From: Bacteroidota bacterium
Lineage (GTDB): Bacteria > Bacteroidota > Bacteroidia > J057 > JAJTIE01
Reading direction: 5' to 3'
Assembly (NCBI GenBank): GCA_019638695.1
Contig: JAHBTG010000007.1
Location: 482 to 64,481, forward strand
Length of the DNA: 64,000 nt
Position 1 is the stretch's first letter; each line of letters starts with the position of its first letter. Below the pieces are notes generated by a model. It was not told the DNA's origin and made no database searches. It saw only the letters and a program-made list of their open reading frames with translations. Shown here piece by piece: positions 1 to 9,163 of the stretch. Made by a program: the position numbers and the translations under genes.

Positions 1-518
1 CTGTCCAAGTGGCGCAGGAAATCGGCATCGTCAATCACTACCCCGGCCACTTCCATACGTTGCTGCAGGGGCGCCTGGGCAAGCGGGATCTTGGGGCGAT
101 TGGCCATCTGCCCGTTGGCGTCCGGGATAGGCTCTCCATGCGGGTCGTAGGTAGGATATCCCAGGAACTCGTCCAGCTTGTTCACCAGCAGCGGGTTGTC
201 TATATGCTCCAGTTGCTCGGCAGCATCGTGCACTTCGTCCCACCCAAACTTCAGTTTTTCTACCAGGAAGGTTTCCCATAGCCGGTGCTTGCGCAGGATA
301 TGCAGGGCGCGCGTGCGGCCTTCCGTCGTAAGGGAAGCTCCCCGGTAGGGTGTATAGTGCAGCAGGCCTTTTTCGCCCAGTTTCTTCAGCATGTCCGTCA
401 CAGAAGCGGGTGTAGTACCCAGTTCTGCCGCCAGCGTATTGGTGTTCACAGGCTCTTCTCCGTGGTCAAACTTGAGCACGGCTTTCAGGTAATTCTCCTC
501 TGCACTGGTGGTTTTCAC
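1..518 (-). CDS. DtxR/MntR-family metal-dependent transcriptional repressor (partial; C-terminus lies beyond the window start)
   Basis: My own translation of the minus strand from GTG at 516-518 gives VKTTSAEENYLKAVLKFDHGEEPVNTNTLAAELGTTPASVTDMLKKLGEKGLLHYTPYRGASLTTEGRTRALHILRKHRLWETFLVEKLKFGWDEVHDAAEQLEH...QRMEVAGVVIDDADFLRHLD, open to position 1. This matches the winged-helix plus metal-binding/dimerisation layout of DtxR/MntR repressors. It is missing from the ORF track because it has no stop inside the window. Confidence 0.85.
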   Translation of the reverse strand, partial: MKTTSAEENYLKAVLKFDHGEEPVNTNTLAAELGTTPASVTDMLKKLGEKGLLHYTPYRGASLTTEGRTRALHILRKHRLWETFLVEKLKFGWDEVHDAAEQLEHIDNPLLVNKLDEFLGYPTYDPHGEPIPDANGQMANRPKIPLAQAPLQQRMEVAGVVIDDADFLRHLD

Positions 519-562
519 AGGTATAAATTACAAACTTTGCTGCTGGTCCAACGGATCTCAGC

Positions 563-2176
563 TTATTCTCCTGTTTTTCCTGCTGTGATCTGGTACACGG
601 CTCCCCGGCTTAGCGGTTGTATCTTTTGCAGCTTGTAGTTGCGGGATGCGTTTGTATAGTGCATAAACTCCAGCAGGTCCTGCATCATATCCTCCTGGCC
701 CACCAGGTAAACCTGCGGCTGCACCAGTTGTTCCACCCGCCAGGCGCCCAGGCGGGCATTGGCCTGCCGGGTAAAATCCGGGGTCAGCGCACAGTACCCT
801 ATGGCAAAGATTACCCGGGTATTCGGCCCGGGAATATGGGTCTCGTTATACAAGGAGGTCTCGGGGAACTTTACCGTGAAGAACAGGTAGGTGGCTTGCG
901 GCTGGTAGCGGATCTCCTGCAGGCAGTCAAATGCTCCCGGCTGCAGTTGCCCGGTGTCCCGGCTTTGGGTAGCATGCACCATCACCACAGGCAGGATGAG
1001 GCCCAGAGCTCCGGCAACCAGGCCCCTGCGCAAACCTATGTGGGGCAGTACGTAATAAAGCGCCCATATGAACTGTGCGGCAATTACCCAGTCCAGCACC
1101 CGGTATTCGGCCTTAAGGAAATAAGCAATGCCACCCGCCAGCAGCATAAATGCCAGGTGCGCCGCCAGGTAGCGCAGCAAGAGCCGCGGCCGCCGTGTGC
1201 GTGCCACCAGCAGTATCGCCAGACCCAGTATTCCCAGTGTGAACGCCAGGTAATTGGTCCATTTGCGATACAGGTCTATGGTCTGGTAATAGAACTTGTT
1301 CCAGTGTTCTTCCAGGGGGAGCTGCCGGGGTTTGAGCCGCTGTGTGGCAGCAGCCCAGTATGCCAGAGGCATATCGGCATAGTTGAGCAGGCTATAGTTG
1401 AGAATCAGCTGCAGGCGTGCTTGCTCTTCCGCAGAGAAACTGCTGGTATCTCTTTGTGCGTAGGCATAGTCCTGCATCTGGATGCGGTAGGCATTGAATG
1501 TGTATTCATAGGACTGGGTATCGGTCATGACCCATTTGCCTGCAAACAAAAGCGCTATGAGGCCCAGTGCCCACAGGTGCCGCAGGAGTATCGGGCGTAA
1601 CGTAATCCCTTGAAGATAGCACATTGCCTGGCAAAGGGTGAGCAATACATAGGCGAACACCACTGCGTCCATGCGCCACAGGAAGCCCAGCACCACAGCT
1701 ATGCCCGCTACTATCATCTGTACCGGCCGCCCGGGCAGCCAGAGGAGCCACATCAGGCCGGAGATACCCAGGAAGATACTGACACGGGTGAAGCTGATGT
1801 AGGGGAACAAGACGAGCAGCAGTAGCAAAACGGCCGCCAGCGCGGTAACAGGCCCCAGCCGGAAAAGACGGCCCAGCGCCCCGTAGCACAACATGCCGGC
1901 CAGCCAGATACACAGGTGCTGGGCCAGTCCGAACCAGGGGAAATCTGCCGTGGCATATAAAAAGGACAGTACACGGTCCCAGCCCAGCAAAAATATGTGG
2001 GGGTACAGGCTGTGAATGGGCTGGCCGGTGAGCCCTCCCTTAAGCGCCATGATAAAGTAGGGGCAATCGTTGGTCTCATAGGACAGGCCCATGAACTGCC
2101 ACATCAGCCACGGGGCGGCCAGCAGGATAAAGGCAGGAGCCAGGTGAGGGGAGAGGCGCGTAAATAACCGAGTCAA
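563..2176 (-). CDS. polytopic integral membrane protein of unknown function (many N-terminal TM helices plus a soluble C-terminal part; possibly GT-C-like)
   Basis: 537-aa ORF with a TTG start, 11 nt downstream of the preceding gene. It has repeated long hydrophobic segments (FILLAAPWLMWQF, LCIWLAGMLCYGALG, LLLLLVLFPYISF and others). I cannot assign a family with confidence. Confidence 0.6.
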   Translation of the reverse strand: MTRLFTRLSPHLAPAFILLAAPWLMWQFMGLSYETNDCPYFIMALKGGLTGQPIHSLYPHIFLLGWDRVLSFLYATADFPWFGLAQHLCIWLAGMLCYGALGRLFRLGPVTALAAVLLLLLVLFPYISFTRVSIFLGISGLMWLLWLPGRPVQMIVAGIAVVLGFLWRMDAVVFAYVLLTLCQAMCYLQGITLRPILLRHLWALGLIALLFAGKWVMTDTQSYEYTFNAYRIQMQDYAYAQRDTSSFSAEEQARLQLILNYSLLNYADMPLAYWAAATQRLKPRQLPLEEHWNKFYYQTIDLYRKWTNYLAFTLGILGLAILLVARTRRPRLLLRYLAAHLAFMLLAGGIAYFLKAEYRVLDWVIAAQFIWALYYVLPHIGLRRGLVAGALGLILPVVMVHATQSRDTGQLQPGAFDCLQEIRYQPQATYLFFTVKFPETSLYNETHIPGPNTRVIFAIGYCALTPDFTRQANARLGAWRVEQLVQPQVYLVGQEDMMQDLLEFMHYTNASRNYKLQKIQPLSRGAVYQITAGKTGE

Positions 2177-2187
2177 AATGCCAGGGG

Positions 2188-2577
2188 TTAGTTTGCAGAC
2201 AAGGCTGCATCAAATTTGGCTTTGTTAATGATCTTCTGAGTTTGTTCGCCGCTGGCGATCAGCCGCTCACCCACATGGGCGGTATAGGTGCAATGCACGG
2301 TATTTCCCGAAACCGATACCAGTGTGGCCACAAAGGTGACACGTTCTCCCACTCTGGCAGGCGCGTGGTGCTGTACCGTCACCTGCACACCTACGCCCTC
2401 TTCCCCCACCTCCTTCATGGCTAGTACAAAAAGGCGGCAGGTCCATTCGGCATCCCGCGCCAGCGCAAAGGTGCTGTATACCGGGTGTACTACCTGCCCG
2501 TGAAAAGCGGCACGATCTTCCATGCGCACCACTGTGTGATACGTCTGGGTGTCGCCGGGCATAAAGGGGTTCTTCAT
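2188..2577 (-). CDS. hotdog-fold thioesterase-family protein
   Basis: 129 aa. The region HPVYSTFALARDAEWTCRLFV...GVQVTVQHHAPARVGERVTFVATLVSVSGNTVHC resembles 4HBT/FlK-like hotdog thioesterases. Its ATG overlaps the lgt stop (ATGA at 2574-2577), indicating translational coupling. Confidence 0.65.
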   Translation of the reverse strand: MKNPFMPGDTQTYHTVVRMEDRAAFHGQVVHPVYSTFALARDAEWTCRLFVLAMKEVGEEGVGVQVTVQHHAPARVGERVTFVATLVSVSGNTVHCTYTAHVGERLIASGEQTQKIINKAKFDAALSAN

Positions 2578-3398
2578 CGTGAAGCCTTCGCAGAAGAGGG
2601 GGCGCCTTTGCGTAGCAGCAGGTAAACCCCTGTCAGTATAAAAGGAATGCTCAGCAGCTGTCCCGTATTGAGCGGCAGGCCGGTGCTGTAATGTTCCTGG
2701 TTCTCCTTGAAGAACTCCACCAGTATGCGCGCAGAGAACAGTAGTATCAGGAAGATGCCTCCAAGGCGCCCCACAGGCCAGCTGGCGCTTTTGCGCTTGT
2801 AAAGCCAGTGTAGTATGCCGAAGATCAGCAGCACAGAGAGGATCTCGTAGATCTGCGTGGGATGCCGGGGGGCCAGGCGGTCTGCCTGGGGTACAGCGTC
2901 TGCCTCAAAGTAGAACCCCCAGGGTAGGGTGGTGGGCAGGCCGTAGATCTCGCTATTCATCAGGTTGCCCAGCCGGATGAGCGCACCGCTCAGGCATACC
3001 ACCATGCTCAGCCGGTCCAGCAACCAGAGGAAGGACTGGCCCGGGTGCCTGCGGGCAAAGAGGAACATGGCCGTGAGAATGCCTATGGCCGCCCCGTGGC
3101 TGGCCAGCCCGCCTTCCCAGATGTACAGGATCTCCAGCGGGTGTTGGCTATAGTAGGCAAAGTCATAGAACAGGCAGTGTCCCAGGCGCGCGCCTATCAC
3201 CGTGGCGGCAATGATCCAGAGCGTAAGGCGGTCCAGATCTGCCTGCAGCTTGCGCTCGCGGGCATATACCCACCGCATGTAATAGTGGCTGACGATAAAG
3301 GCCAGGCTGAAGAGCAGGCCATACCAGCGAATACCTCTCCCGAAGAGCGAAAAGATGTCCGGATCCGGACTCCAGTGGATGTATATCAGTGTGTGCAT
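2574..3398 (-). CDS. lgt: prolipoprotein diacylglyceryl transferase
   Basis: 274 aa, ATG start. Lgt-typical segments are present: IRWYGLLFSLAF, WEGGLASHGAAIG, RHPTQIYE. It is a multi-TM protein. Confidence 0.9.
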   Translation of the reverse strand: MHTLIYIHWSPDPDIFSLFGRGIRWYGLLFSLAFIVSHYYMRWVYARERKLQADLDRLTLWIIAATVIGARLGHCLFYDFAYYSQHPLEILYIWEGGLASHGAAIGILTAMFLFARRHPGQSFLWLLDRLSMVVCLSGALIRLGNLMNSEIYGLPTTLPWGFYFEADAVPQADRLAPRHPTQIYEILSVLLIFGILHWLYKRKSASWPVGRLGGIFLILLFSARILVEFFKENQEHYSTGLPLNTGQLLSIPFILTGVYLLLRKGAPSSAKASR

Positions 3399-3525
3399 GA
3401 CGGTTGCAAGGTACTTTCTTTTTGTATTGGAATAAATTCAGGCGTTTGTTGTAATTATCATGATTTTTGAATTTAAATATAAATGCGATATATTCGGGAA
3501 TAATATCTAACTTTATTTATGTAAA

Positions 3526-4569
3526 ATGAAAGCTCTGATGTTTATTTTTGTCAACCTGACTCCTTTCCTGGTGGTGGCTCAGAACGTAGGAGTGGGTACG
3601 GCTACACCAGAGGTGCGGCTGGATATTGACGGTGCTTATGCTACCAAACCCGCCGCCGGGGCGCCCGACGCCAGCCAGCAGGTAGCTATCCCAAACAATA
3701 TCTCTGCCTTTGTGGTGCAGGAGGGCGCCGGAGTGGGTGATATCCAGGTGGGTTATACCGGGCCGGCCTCTGAGGGGCAATACCTCACTATCCTGAATAC
3801 GGATGCCAATGATACGGCTGCGTTTGCTGGGGTCAGGGTGCCCCCCGCAGGCGGCACCGCACGTTTTATATACCTGAACGGTGCCTGGCGCAGCCTGGGT
3901 AACGGCGCCGCTTCTTCTGCCCCGGTGCTGGACGGGGAGCCTACCCGGATCGCTTTCTGGGCTGCAACCGATTCCCTGGGCCATGATGCCAACTTGTATT
4001 GGGACAATACCGGCAAGCGCCTGGGCGTGGGCACAGATGCGCCTGCTCATACCGCGCATATAGTGGGCGATGTGCGCATGGAAGGGGATTTTGTAAACCA
4101 GGAAGTGGCCACAAATAGTAGCGATGTCGCCCAGTCTGTCGCATGTACCGCTTGCTGCGGCACCTGGGTGCCTATCAATAACACTACAATTAGCGTTACG
4201 ATACCGGATGGCAATGGGGTTAATAACAGCGGGGTCTTTGTTTCTGGCTTCATGCGTTGTTTTTATGCCTCAGGGTTTTCCTCCAACCCCGGCATTGGCG
4301 GGGCTTTCCTGGCACTGGAGCGTGCCGAAGATCCCTCTTTTACCACGAATTATGCACTCCTCAACTATACTGCCGTGGTTGCGGGCATGCGGTTTGGAAC
4401 AGTTACTGCAGGTTTCGGCACCGGGGGCGCCATCTCTCATACAGATCTGAACCTGGTGGCGGGCCAGACCTATTACTATCGCCTCGCCTTTATTTCCAAC
4501 TGCGTGGGCGGCGCAGGTAATTTCGAGATCAATAACCGGAGCCTTTCCTTGCTCCAGATCAAGCGATAA
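3526..4569 (+). CDS. secreted hypothetical protein with a duplicated GVGT-x-x-P motif and a Cys-containing C-terminal domain
   Basis: 347 aa. It has an N-terminal signal peptide (MKALMFIFVNLTPFLVVAQ). The motif NVGVGTATPEVRLDIDG is repeated as KRLGVGTDAPAHTAHIVGD, a motif I associate with tail-fibre-like or surface proteins of Bacteroidota. An A/T-rich promoter region lies upstream. Confidence 0.6.
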   Translation: MKALMFIFVNLTPFLVVAQNVGVGTATPEVRLDIDGAYATKPAAGAPDASQQVAIPNNISAFVVQEGAGVGDIQVGYTGPASEGQYLTILNTDANDTAAFAGVRVPPAGGTARFIYLNGAWRSLGNGAASSAPVLDGEPTRIAFWAATDSLGHDANLYWDNTGKRLGVGTDAPAHTAHIVGDVRMEGDFVNQEVATNSSDVAQSVACTACCGTWVPINNTTISVTIPDGNGVNNSGVFVSGFMRCFYASGFSSNPGIGGAFLALERAEDPSFTTNYALLNYTAVVAGMRFGTVTAGFGTGGAISHTDLNLVAGQTYYYRLAFISNCVGGAGNFEINNRSLSLLQIKR

Positions 4570-4571
4570 TC

Positions 4572-4967
4572 ATGAAGACGATACTGCTATTTATTTGCGG
4601 CAACCTGGTACTGGCATGTCTGCCGGCGTGCTGGGCACAGCAGTCGCCGGTAAGTGCTTTGTGGGTAACGGAGCTGCCCGCAGGCACCCGCATGACACGG
4701 ACAGAGATTCAGGCGTATGCACTGTCGCATCATAGTACCCGCATACCCATTATAGACAGCTTGCCGGCAACCCTACAAGTCACCTGTGCCCGGCTGCTGG
4801 ATATTTCCCAGCGAGCGCCACAAGCGCCCCTGCCGCTGTTCGTATCTTCTCCGCCCCTGCAGAAAGCCGCCGGTAACGCGGGTGTTTCAGAAATGCCGGG
4901 CCGCCTGGAGTACCCTCCGTTCATTCGTGACAAGATTCATGCTTCCAAGTACCCCTCTGTCCGATGA
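4572..4967 (+). CDS. small secreted or lipoprotein-like hypothetical protein
   Basis: 131 aa. It starts 2 nt after the stop of the preceding gene and has a signal-like N-terminus (MKTILLFICGNLVLACLPACWAQQ). No family recognised. Confidence 0.45.
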   Translation: MKTILLFICGNLVLACLPACWAQQSPVSALWVTELPAGTRMTRTEIQAYALSHHSTRIPIIDSLPATLQVTCARLLDISQRAPQAPLPLFVSSPPLQKAAGNAGVSEMPGRLEYPPFIRDKIHASKYPSVR

Positions 4968-5024
4968 GGGCTCCTTTTATGTAATAACTGAAATGCAGGC
5001 TTGCTAAACCTCTACCTTGCGGGG

Positions 5025-5936
5025 ATGATAGCGTCTAACGGCATACGCAAGACATATGGTACACATGTAGCCCTGCAGGGCCTTACCCTGCAGATTCCAG
5101 AGGGCAGCATCTTTGGCTTGCTGGGGCCCAATGGTTCCGGCAAGACCACCTTTATCCGGATTCTTACCCAGATCCTGGTGCCCGATAGCGGTACCCTAAC
5201 ACTGGATGGCAAACCCCTGAACCCTGCTCATCGCCTGCAGATGGGGTATCTGCCCGAGGAGCGTGGTCTCTACCGCAAGATGAAAGTGCAGGACCAGCTG
5301 CTGTACCTGCTTTCCCTCAAAGGCATGTCTGCCGCCGAGGCTAAAAGCCAGTCGGCCTATTGGCTGGAACGCATGGGGCTGGCGGACCGTGCCAGGAGCA
5401 AAGTGCAGGAGCTGAGCAAAGGCATGCAGCAGAAGGTACAGTTCATCGCCACCATAGCCCATACCCCTCGTTTACTGATCCTGGATGAACCCTTTAGTGG
5501 GCTGGACCCCATTAACAGCCAGCTCTTGCAGGAAGTGATGGAGGAATATCGTGCCAAAGGTCGCACCGTATTGTTCTCCACGCACCGTATGGAGCAGGTA
5601 GAGGAGTTATGCGACCATATTGCGCTGATCAATAAAGGGCATCTGCTGCTTAATGACCGTATGGAAGCTGTGCAAGACCGTTACCGCACGGACCGTTATC
5701 GTTTCCAGACACTGGAGGTGTTGTCTGCCGAAGAAGTGGCTGCCCTGCCCGCGCAGGTCGTGAGCCACCAGGGAAGAGCGCTGGAGCTTCGCCCCCTGCC
5801 GGGGCAGGACGCCCGTCAGCTCATTGCACATGTCAATGCGCATCATACCCTCACGGCCTGCGCCCAGTATGTGCCCCCGCTCAAGGATATATTCGTTCAG
5901 CTGGTGCAGCAGAAAGGAGAACCTGCTCATGCGTAA
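5025..5936 (+). CDS. ABC transporter ATP-binding protein (ABC-2/NatA-like)
   Basis: Walker A GPNGSGKTT, signature LSKGMQQKV and Walker B LLILDEPFSGLD are present. I prefer the ATG at 5025 (MIASNGIRKTYG) over the TTG at 5001 given in the track. Confidence 0.9.
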   Translation: MIASNGIRKTYGTHVALQGLTLQIPEGSIFGLLGPNGSGKTTFIRILTQILVPDSGTLTLDGKPLNPAHRLQMGYLPEERGLYRKMKVQDQLLYLLSLKGMSAAEAKSQSAYWLERMGLADRARSKVQELSKGMQQKVQFIATIAHTPRLLILDEPFSGLDPINSQLLQEVMEEYRAKGRTVLFSTHRMEQVEELCDHIALINKGHLLLNDRMEAVQDRYRTDRYRFQTLEVLSAEEVAALPAQVVSHQGRALELRPLPGQDARQLIAHVNAHHTLTACAQYVPPLKDIFVQLVQQKGEPAHA

Positions 5937-7245
5937 CCTCTGGTTAGTGCTCAGGCGGGAATACACCACCCGTGTGCTGAGCCCCGTATTTTGGCTGGTC
6001 ACTTTCCTGGCCCCTGTCTTGCTCGGTCTCCTTATGGTATTACCCGTGCTGCTGGCCAGTAATGTGGATGATGATGCCTGGACGGTCTATGTATTGCAGG
6101 ACCTCCCCCTGGCGGAGAAACTGTCCGGGCAAAGCCTGCCCGGCAGGTTGGAGTTCGTGGTCCTGCAGGCCAGTGAAGACAGCCTCCGCCGCCGGGTGCT
6201 GCAGGAATCCCATACACTGGGGATCTATGCGATGGGTGACACCGGTCTGAAGCTGCCCACTGTAACCTACTGCACGAATGGCAGCCCGGGTATGAATACC
6301 GTGGGCAAACTCCATGAAGTGCTTCGTACCCTGTACCGCGAGCAGCGTCTACTGGCTGCAGGAGTGCCTGCCGAACAACTGGCGCAGACAGAGACGCAGG
6401 TAACCTTTAAGAGCGTGCGCCTCTCGGAGCAAGGTGAGCAGAAAGGTTCCGTACTGGCCGGGTATGCCATAGGCTATGCCCTGGCCATGGTCAATTATCT
6501 TTTATTGCTGATCTATGGCAGCATGGTGATGCAGTCTGTGATGGAAGAAAAGACCAGCCGCATTATGGAAGTGCTGGCTACGAGTGTGAAACCCGTGCAC
6601 CTGATGCTGGGCAAGATCCTGGGTATAGGCGCGGTAGGCTTCACGCAGGTGATACTCTGGCTGGTGCTGGGCACAGGAGTGTCTCTGGCAGTGGGCGCTG
6701 CGCTGGTAACCACAGGCGCCGGAAGTGCCGCGGCTCCCCCGGTTTCCATGGAACAGGTAGAGGGCGCTACCGTAAGATCCGAGGCTATGATGACGGAGAT
6801 CTCCGGCGCGCTGGCTATCCTGGACTGGCAGTTGCTGGGCCTGCTGGTGTTCTTCTTCATCTGCGGGTTTCTGCTATACAGCAGTCTGTTTGCCGCCGTG
6901 GGCAGCTCCGTGGACCAGATGAGTGATGCCCAGCAGCTGACGCCTTTCGTCATCTTCCCTATAGTTGTGCCCATACTGGCGCTTTCCGCCGTAGTGAATG
7001 ACCCCAACGGTGCGCTGGCCTTCTGGTTCAGTATGATTCCACTGTTCTCTCCCATCATTATGCTGGTGCGGGTGGCTGCGGGCGGTGTGCCCCTGTGGCA
7101 GCAGTTGCTCAGTATGGCCATCATGCTGGTGTCAGTATGGGGGGTTATCCAGCTGGCAGCCCGCATTTACCGGGTGGGTATCCTCACCTATGGAAAGAAG
7201 CCTACTATCCGGGAGATGCTGCGCTGGCTGCGGCTGCCGGCTTAG
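5929..7245 (+). CDS. ABC-2 type transporter permease (NatB-like, with a large extracytoplasmic loop after TM1)
   Basis: The internal ATG at 5929 (MRNLWLVLRREYTTRVLSPVFW) overlaps the ATPase stop by 8 nt (ATGCGTAA). There is an N-terminal TM, a loop of about 150 aa, then a cluster of 5-6 TM helices. The upstream part of the 473-aa track ORF overlaps the ATPase gene and is not credible. Confidence 0.8.
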   Translation: MRNLWLVLRREYTTRVLSPVFWLVTFLAPVLLGLLMVLPVLLASNVDDDAWTVYVLQDLPLAEKLSGQSLPGRLEFVVLQASEDSLRRRVLQESHTLGIYAMGDTGLKLPTVTYCTNGSPGMNTVGKLHEVLRTLYREQRLLAAGVPAEQLAQTETQVTFKSVRLSEQGEQKGSVLAGYAIGYALAMVNYLLLLIYGSMVMQSVMEEKTSRIMEVLATSVKPVHLMLGKILGIGAVGFTQVILWLVLGTGVSLAVGAALVTTGAGSAAAPPVSMEQVEGATVRSEAMMTEISGALAILDWQLLGLLVFFFICGFLLYSSLFAAVGSSVDQMSDAQQLTPFVIFPIVVPILALSAVVNDPNGALAFWFSMIPLFSPIIMLVRVAAGGVPLWQQLLSMAIMLVSVWGVIQLAARIYRVGILTYGKKPTIREMLRWLRLPA

Positions 7246-7868
7246 GACTGATTCCTGGCGGGTATCCCATACCAAAGGGAATGGGCAGGCTGATCATGCG
7301 TGAGCAGTGCCGCCGCGCCCAGCCGGGCATATTCGCCCACCGTCAGATTTTCCAATACTACGGCACCGGCGCCTATGCAGGCGCCTTCCTGCAGCAGGCA
7401 CCCCGGGCCCACGTAAGCCCGCCCGGCAATGTGGCTGCCGGCCTGCAGGTGCGCATCGTGCTCCACCACTGCGGCGCTGTTCACAATACAGGCTATGCCG
7501 AGTAGCGCCCCGGCTTGCACCACGGCCTGGGCCAGTATACAACATCCTGCACCCGGCTGCGCTGTGCCCGCTACTGCTGCAGTGGGGTGTATGATCGTCT
7601 CCAGCGTATACCCGGCGGTTACCAGCGCCCGCGCCTTGTGCAGCCGGGTGGCATTGTCTCCTATACATACGTGTACCCGGCATTGGCCCGGTGCGGGCAG
7701 CTTGTCTGCAGCATATATGAGAATCCCATCTGTTACCTCACCTTGCCGGCCGGGATTGTCATCCACAAACCCTAACTGCCTGCCCGGCCAGCAGAGCCGG
7801 GCAGCGTCTGCCGCCACGCGGCCTTGTGCGCCGGCGCCAATGAGGTAGAGGGGCGGCAGGGTGGTCAT
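7242..7868 (-). CDS. NeuD/PglD-family sugar acetyltransferase (left-handed beta-helix)
   Basis: 208 aa. The N-terminal Rossmann-like segment LYLIGAGAQGRVAADAA is followed by hexapeptide repeats (GAGCCILAQAVVQAGALLGIACIVNSAAVVEHDAHLQAGSHIAG...). Its ATG overlaps the stop of the upstream M20 gene (ATGA at 7865-7868). Confidence 0.8.
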   Translation of the reverse strand: MTTLPPLYLIGAGAQGRVAADAARLCWPGRQLGFVDDNPGRQGEVTDGILIYAADKLPAPGQCRVHVCIGDNATRLHKARALVTAGYTLETIIHPTAAVAGTAQPGAGCCILAQAVVQAGALLGIACIVNSAAVVEHDAHLQAGSHIAGRAYVGPGCLLQEGACIGAGAVVLENLTVGEYARLGAAALLTHDQPAHSLWYGIPARNQS

Positions 7869-9067
7869 GATGCCTGTAACTGGTCTCGCATGCTTTGTAC
7901 GGCCAGCCAGGCCATCAGGCCGGTGGAGAGCTTCAGCGCGTCTTCGTCCACGTCAAAGCGGGGGGTGTGCAGCCCGTGCACAATGCCCCTGGCCTCATTG
8001 CGGGTGCCAATGCGATAGAAACAGCCGGGTACTTCGTGCGTATAGAACGCAAAGTCCTCGCTGGCCATCCAAAGGTCCAGATCCAGCACGTTGTCTTCGC
8101 CCACAAAATCTGCGATGTGCTGCCGCATGCGGGGCGTGAGGGTTTCGTCGTTGAACAGCACCGGGTACCCGCGTTCAATAGTAAGCTCCAGCCGGGCGCC
8201 CATGCCCTCCACCAGCCCGTGCGCCAGGTCTTTGATCAGCTCATGCGCGCGGCTGCGCCAGCCCTCGTCAAAAGTGCGGAAAGTGCCTTCCATCACCACC
8301 TTTTCGGGGATGACATTCGTGGCGCCGTTGGCCACTACCTTGCCGATAGTCAGTACGCTGGGCATACGGGGGTCTGCGCGGCGGCTGATGACCTGCTGCA
8401 GGGCCGTGATCAGCTGGGCGGCTATGGCCACCGGGTCTACGGTGGTATGCGGCTGTGCGCCGTGTCCGCCCTTGCCGTGAATGGTGATATAGATCTCGTC
8501 GCTGCTGGCCATATACTTGCCGCTGCGGATGCCCACTTTGCCTGTGGGGATCAGTGGCATGACATGCTGACCGATGATATGCTGTACCCGGGGATTTTTC
8601 AGCACCCCTTCCTTCACCATGACGCTGGCCCCGCCGGGGTTCTTCTCTTCGCTGGGCTGAAAGATCAGTTGTATGGTGCCGGGGATATGCTCCCGCACGC
8701 TCCAGAGCAGGCGGGCTGTGCCCAGCAGGCTGCTGGTGTGGGCGTCGTGGCCGCAGGCGTGCATTTTGCCGGGACGGGTACTGGCATATTCGGTTGCGTT
8801 CTCTTCCAGTATGGGCAGGGCATCCATGTCTGCCCGCAGGGCGATCACCGGGCCGGCCTGGCTGCCTTGTATAGTGCCCACTACCCCTGTTTTGGCAATA
8901 TTATCCTTGAAGGGGATGCCTATGGCAGTAAGCTCCTGCTTGACGCGGTTACTCGTTTCATACTCCTCAAAGGCCAGTTCGGGATGTTGGTGCAGCCAGC
9001 GGCGGCAGGCTACCACTTCTGGCCATATGGCTTCGGCCTGTTGCCGGAAATAGCTTTGCAGATCCAT
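7865..9067 (-). CDS. M20-family amidohydrolase (N-acyl-amino acid amidohydrolase / hippurate hydrolase type)
   Basis: Motifs WLHQHPELAFEEYETS, MHACGHDAHT and GTIQLIFQPSEE are present. I prefer the ATG at 9067 (MDLQSYF) over the TTG at 9100. Confidence 0.85.
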   Translation of the reverse strand: MDLQSYFRQQAEAIWPEVVACRRWLHQHPELAFEEYETSNRVKQELTAIGIPFKDNIAKTGVVGTIQGSQAGPVIALRADMDALPILEENATEYASTRPGKMHACGHDAHTSSLLGTARLLWSVREHIPGTIQLIFQPSEEKNPGGASVMVKEGVLKNPRVQHIIGQHVMPLIPTGKVGIRSGKYMASSDEIYITIHGKGGHGAQPHTTVDPVAIAAQLITALQQVISRRADPRMPSVLTIGKVVANGATNVIPEKVVMEGTFRTFDEGWRSRAHELIKDLAHGLVEGMGARLELTIERGYPVLFNDETLTPRMRQHIADFVGEDNVLDLDLWMASEDFAFYTHEVPGCFYRIGTRNEARGIVHGLHTPRFDVDEDALKLSTGLMAWLAVQSMRDQLQAS

Positions 9068-9163
9068 AGAAATCTTTTTTGGACAGGATTTATCAATCAA
9101 AAATACGCAGAAATCCAGGTGTTTCTCCCGGAGTGAAAAGCGCCGGCTGCTGGTATCGTGTAC

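Noticed and set aside
4350-4569. C-terminus of the 347-aa secreted protein (…LNLVAGQTYYYRLAFISNC…SLLQIKR) as a divergent T9SS C-terminal domain
   Set aside because: The spacing and the lack of the N-terminal CTD motifs do not fit the type A pattern seen in the three clear CTDs in this window. The resemblance is too weak to call.
5001-5024. N-terminal extensions given by the ORF track for several genes (5001, 5824, 9100, 10651, 26146, 28237, 28354, 34121, 38059, 44653, 46610, 47980, 50124, 54189, 59117, 60756, 62679)
   Set aside because: These begin at non-ATG codons or overlap the upstream gene. In each case an in-frame ATG downstream yields the family-typical N-terminus or a proper signal peptide. 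Where the choice remains uncertain it is noted in the feature.
7895-9136. 413-aa plus-strand ORF spanning almost exactly the length of the M20 amidohydrolase gene
   Set aside because: It lies in the codon-aligned antisense frame of a gene with unmistakable M20 motifs (MHACGHDAH). Its translation is low-complexity (A/G/H/L-rich) with no recognisable domain. It is a shadow ORF of the codon-aligned antisense frame, where stops would correspond to the sense codons TTA, CTA and TCA.
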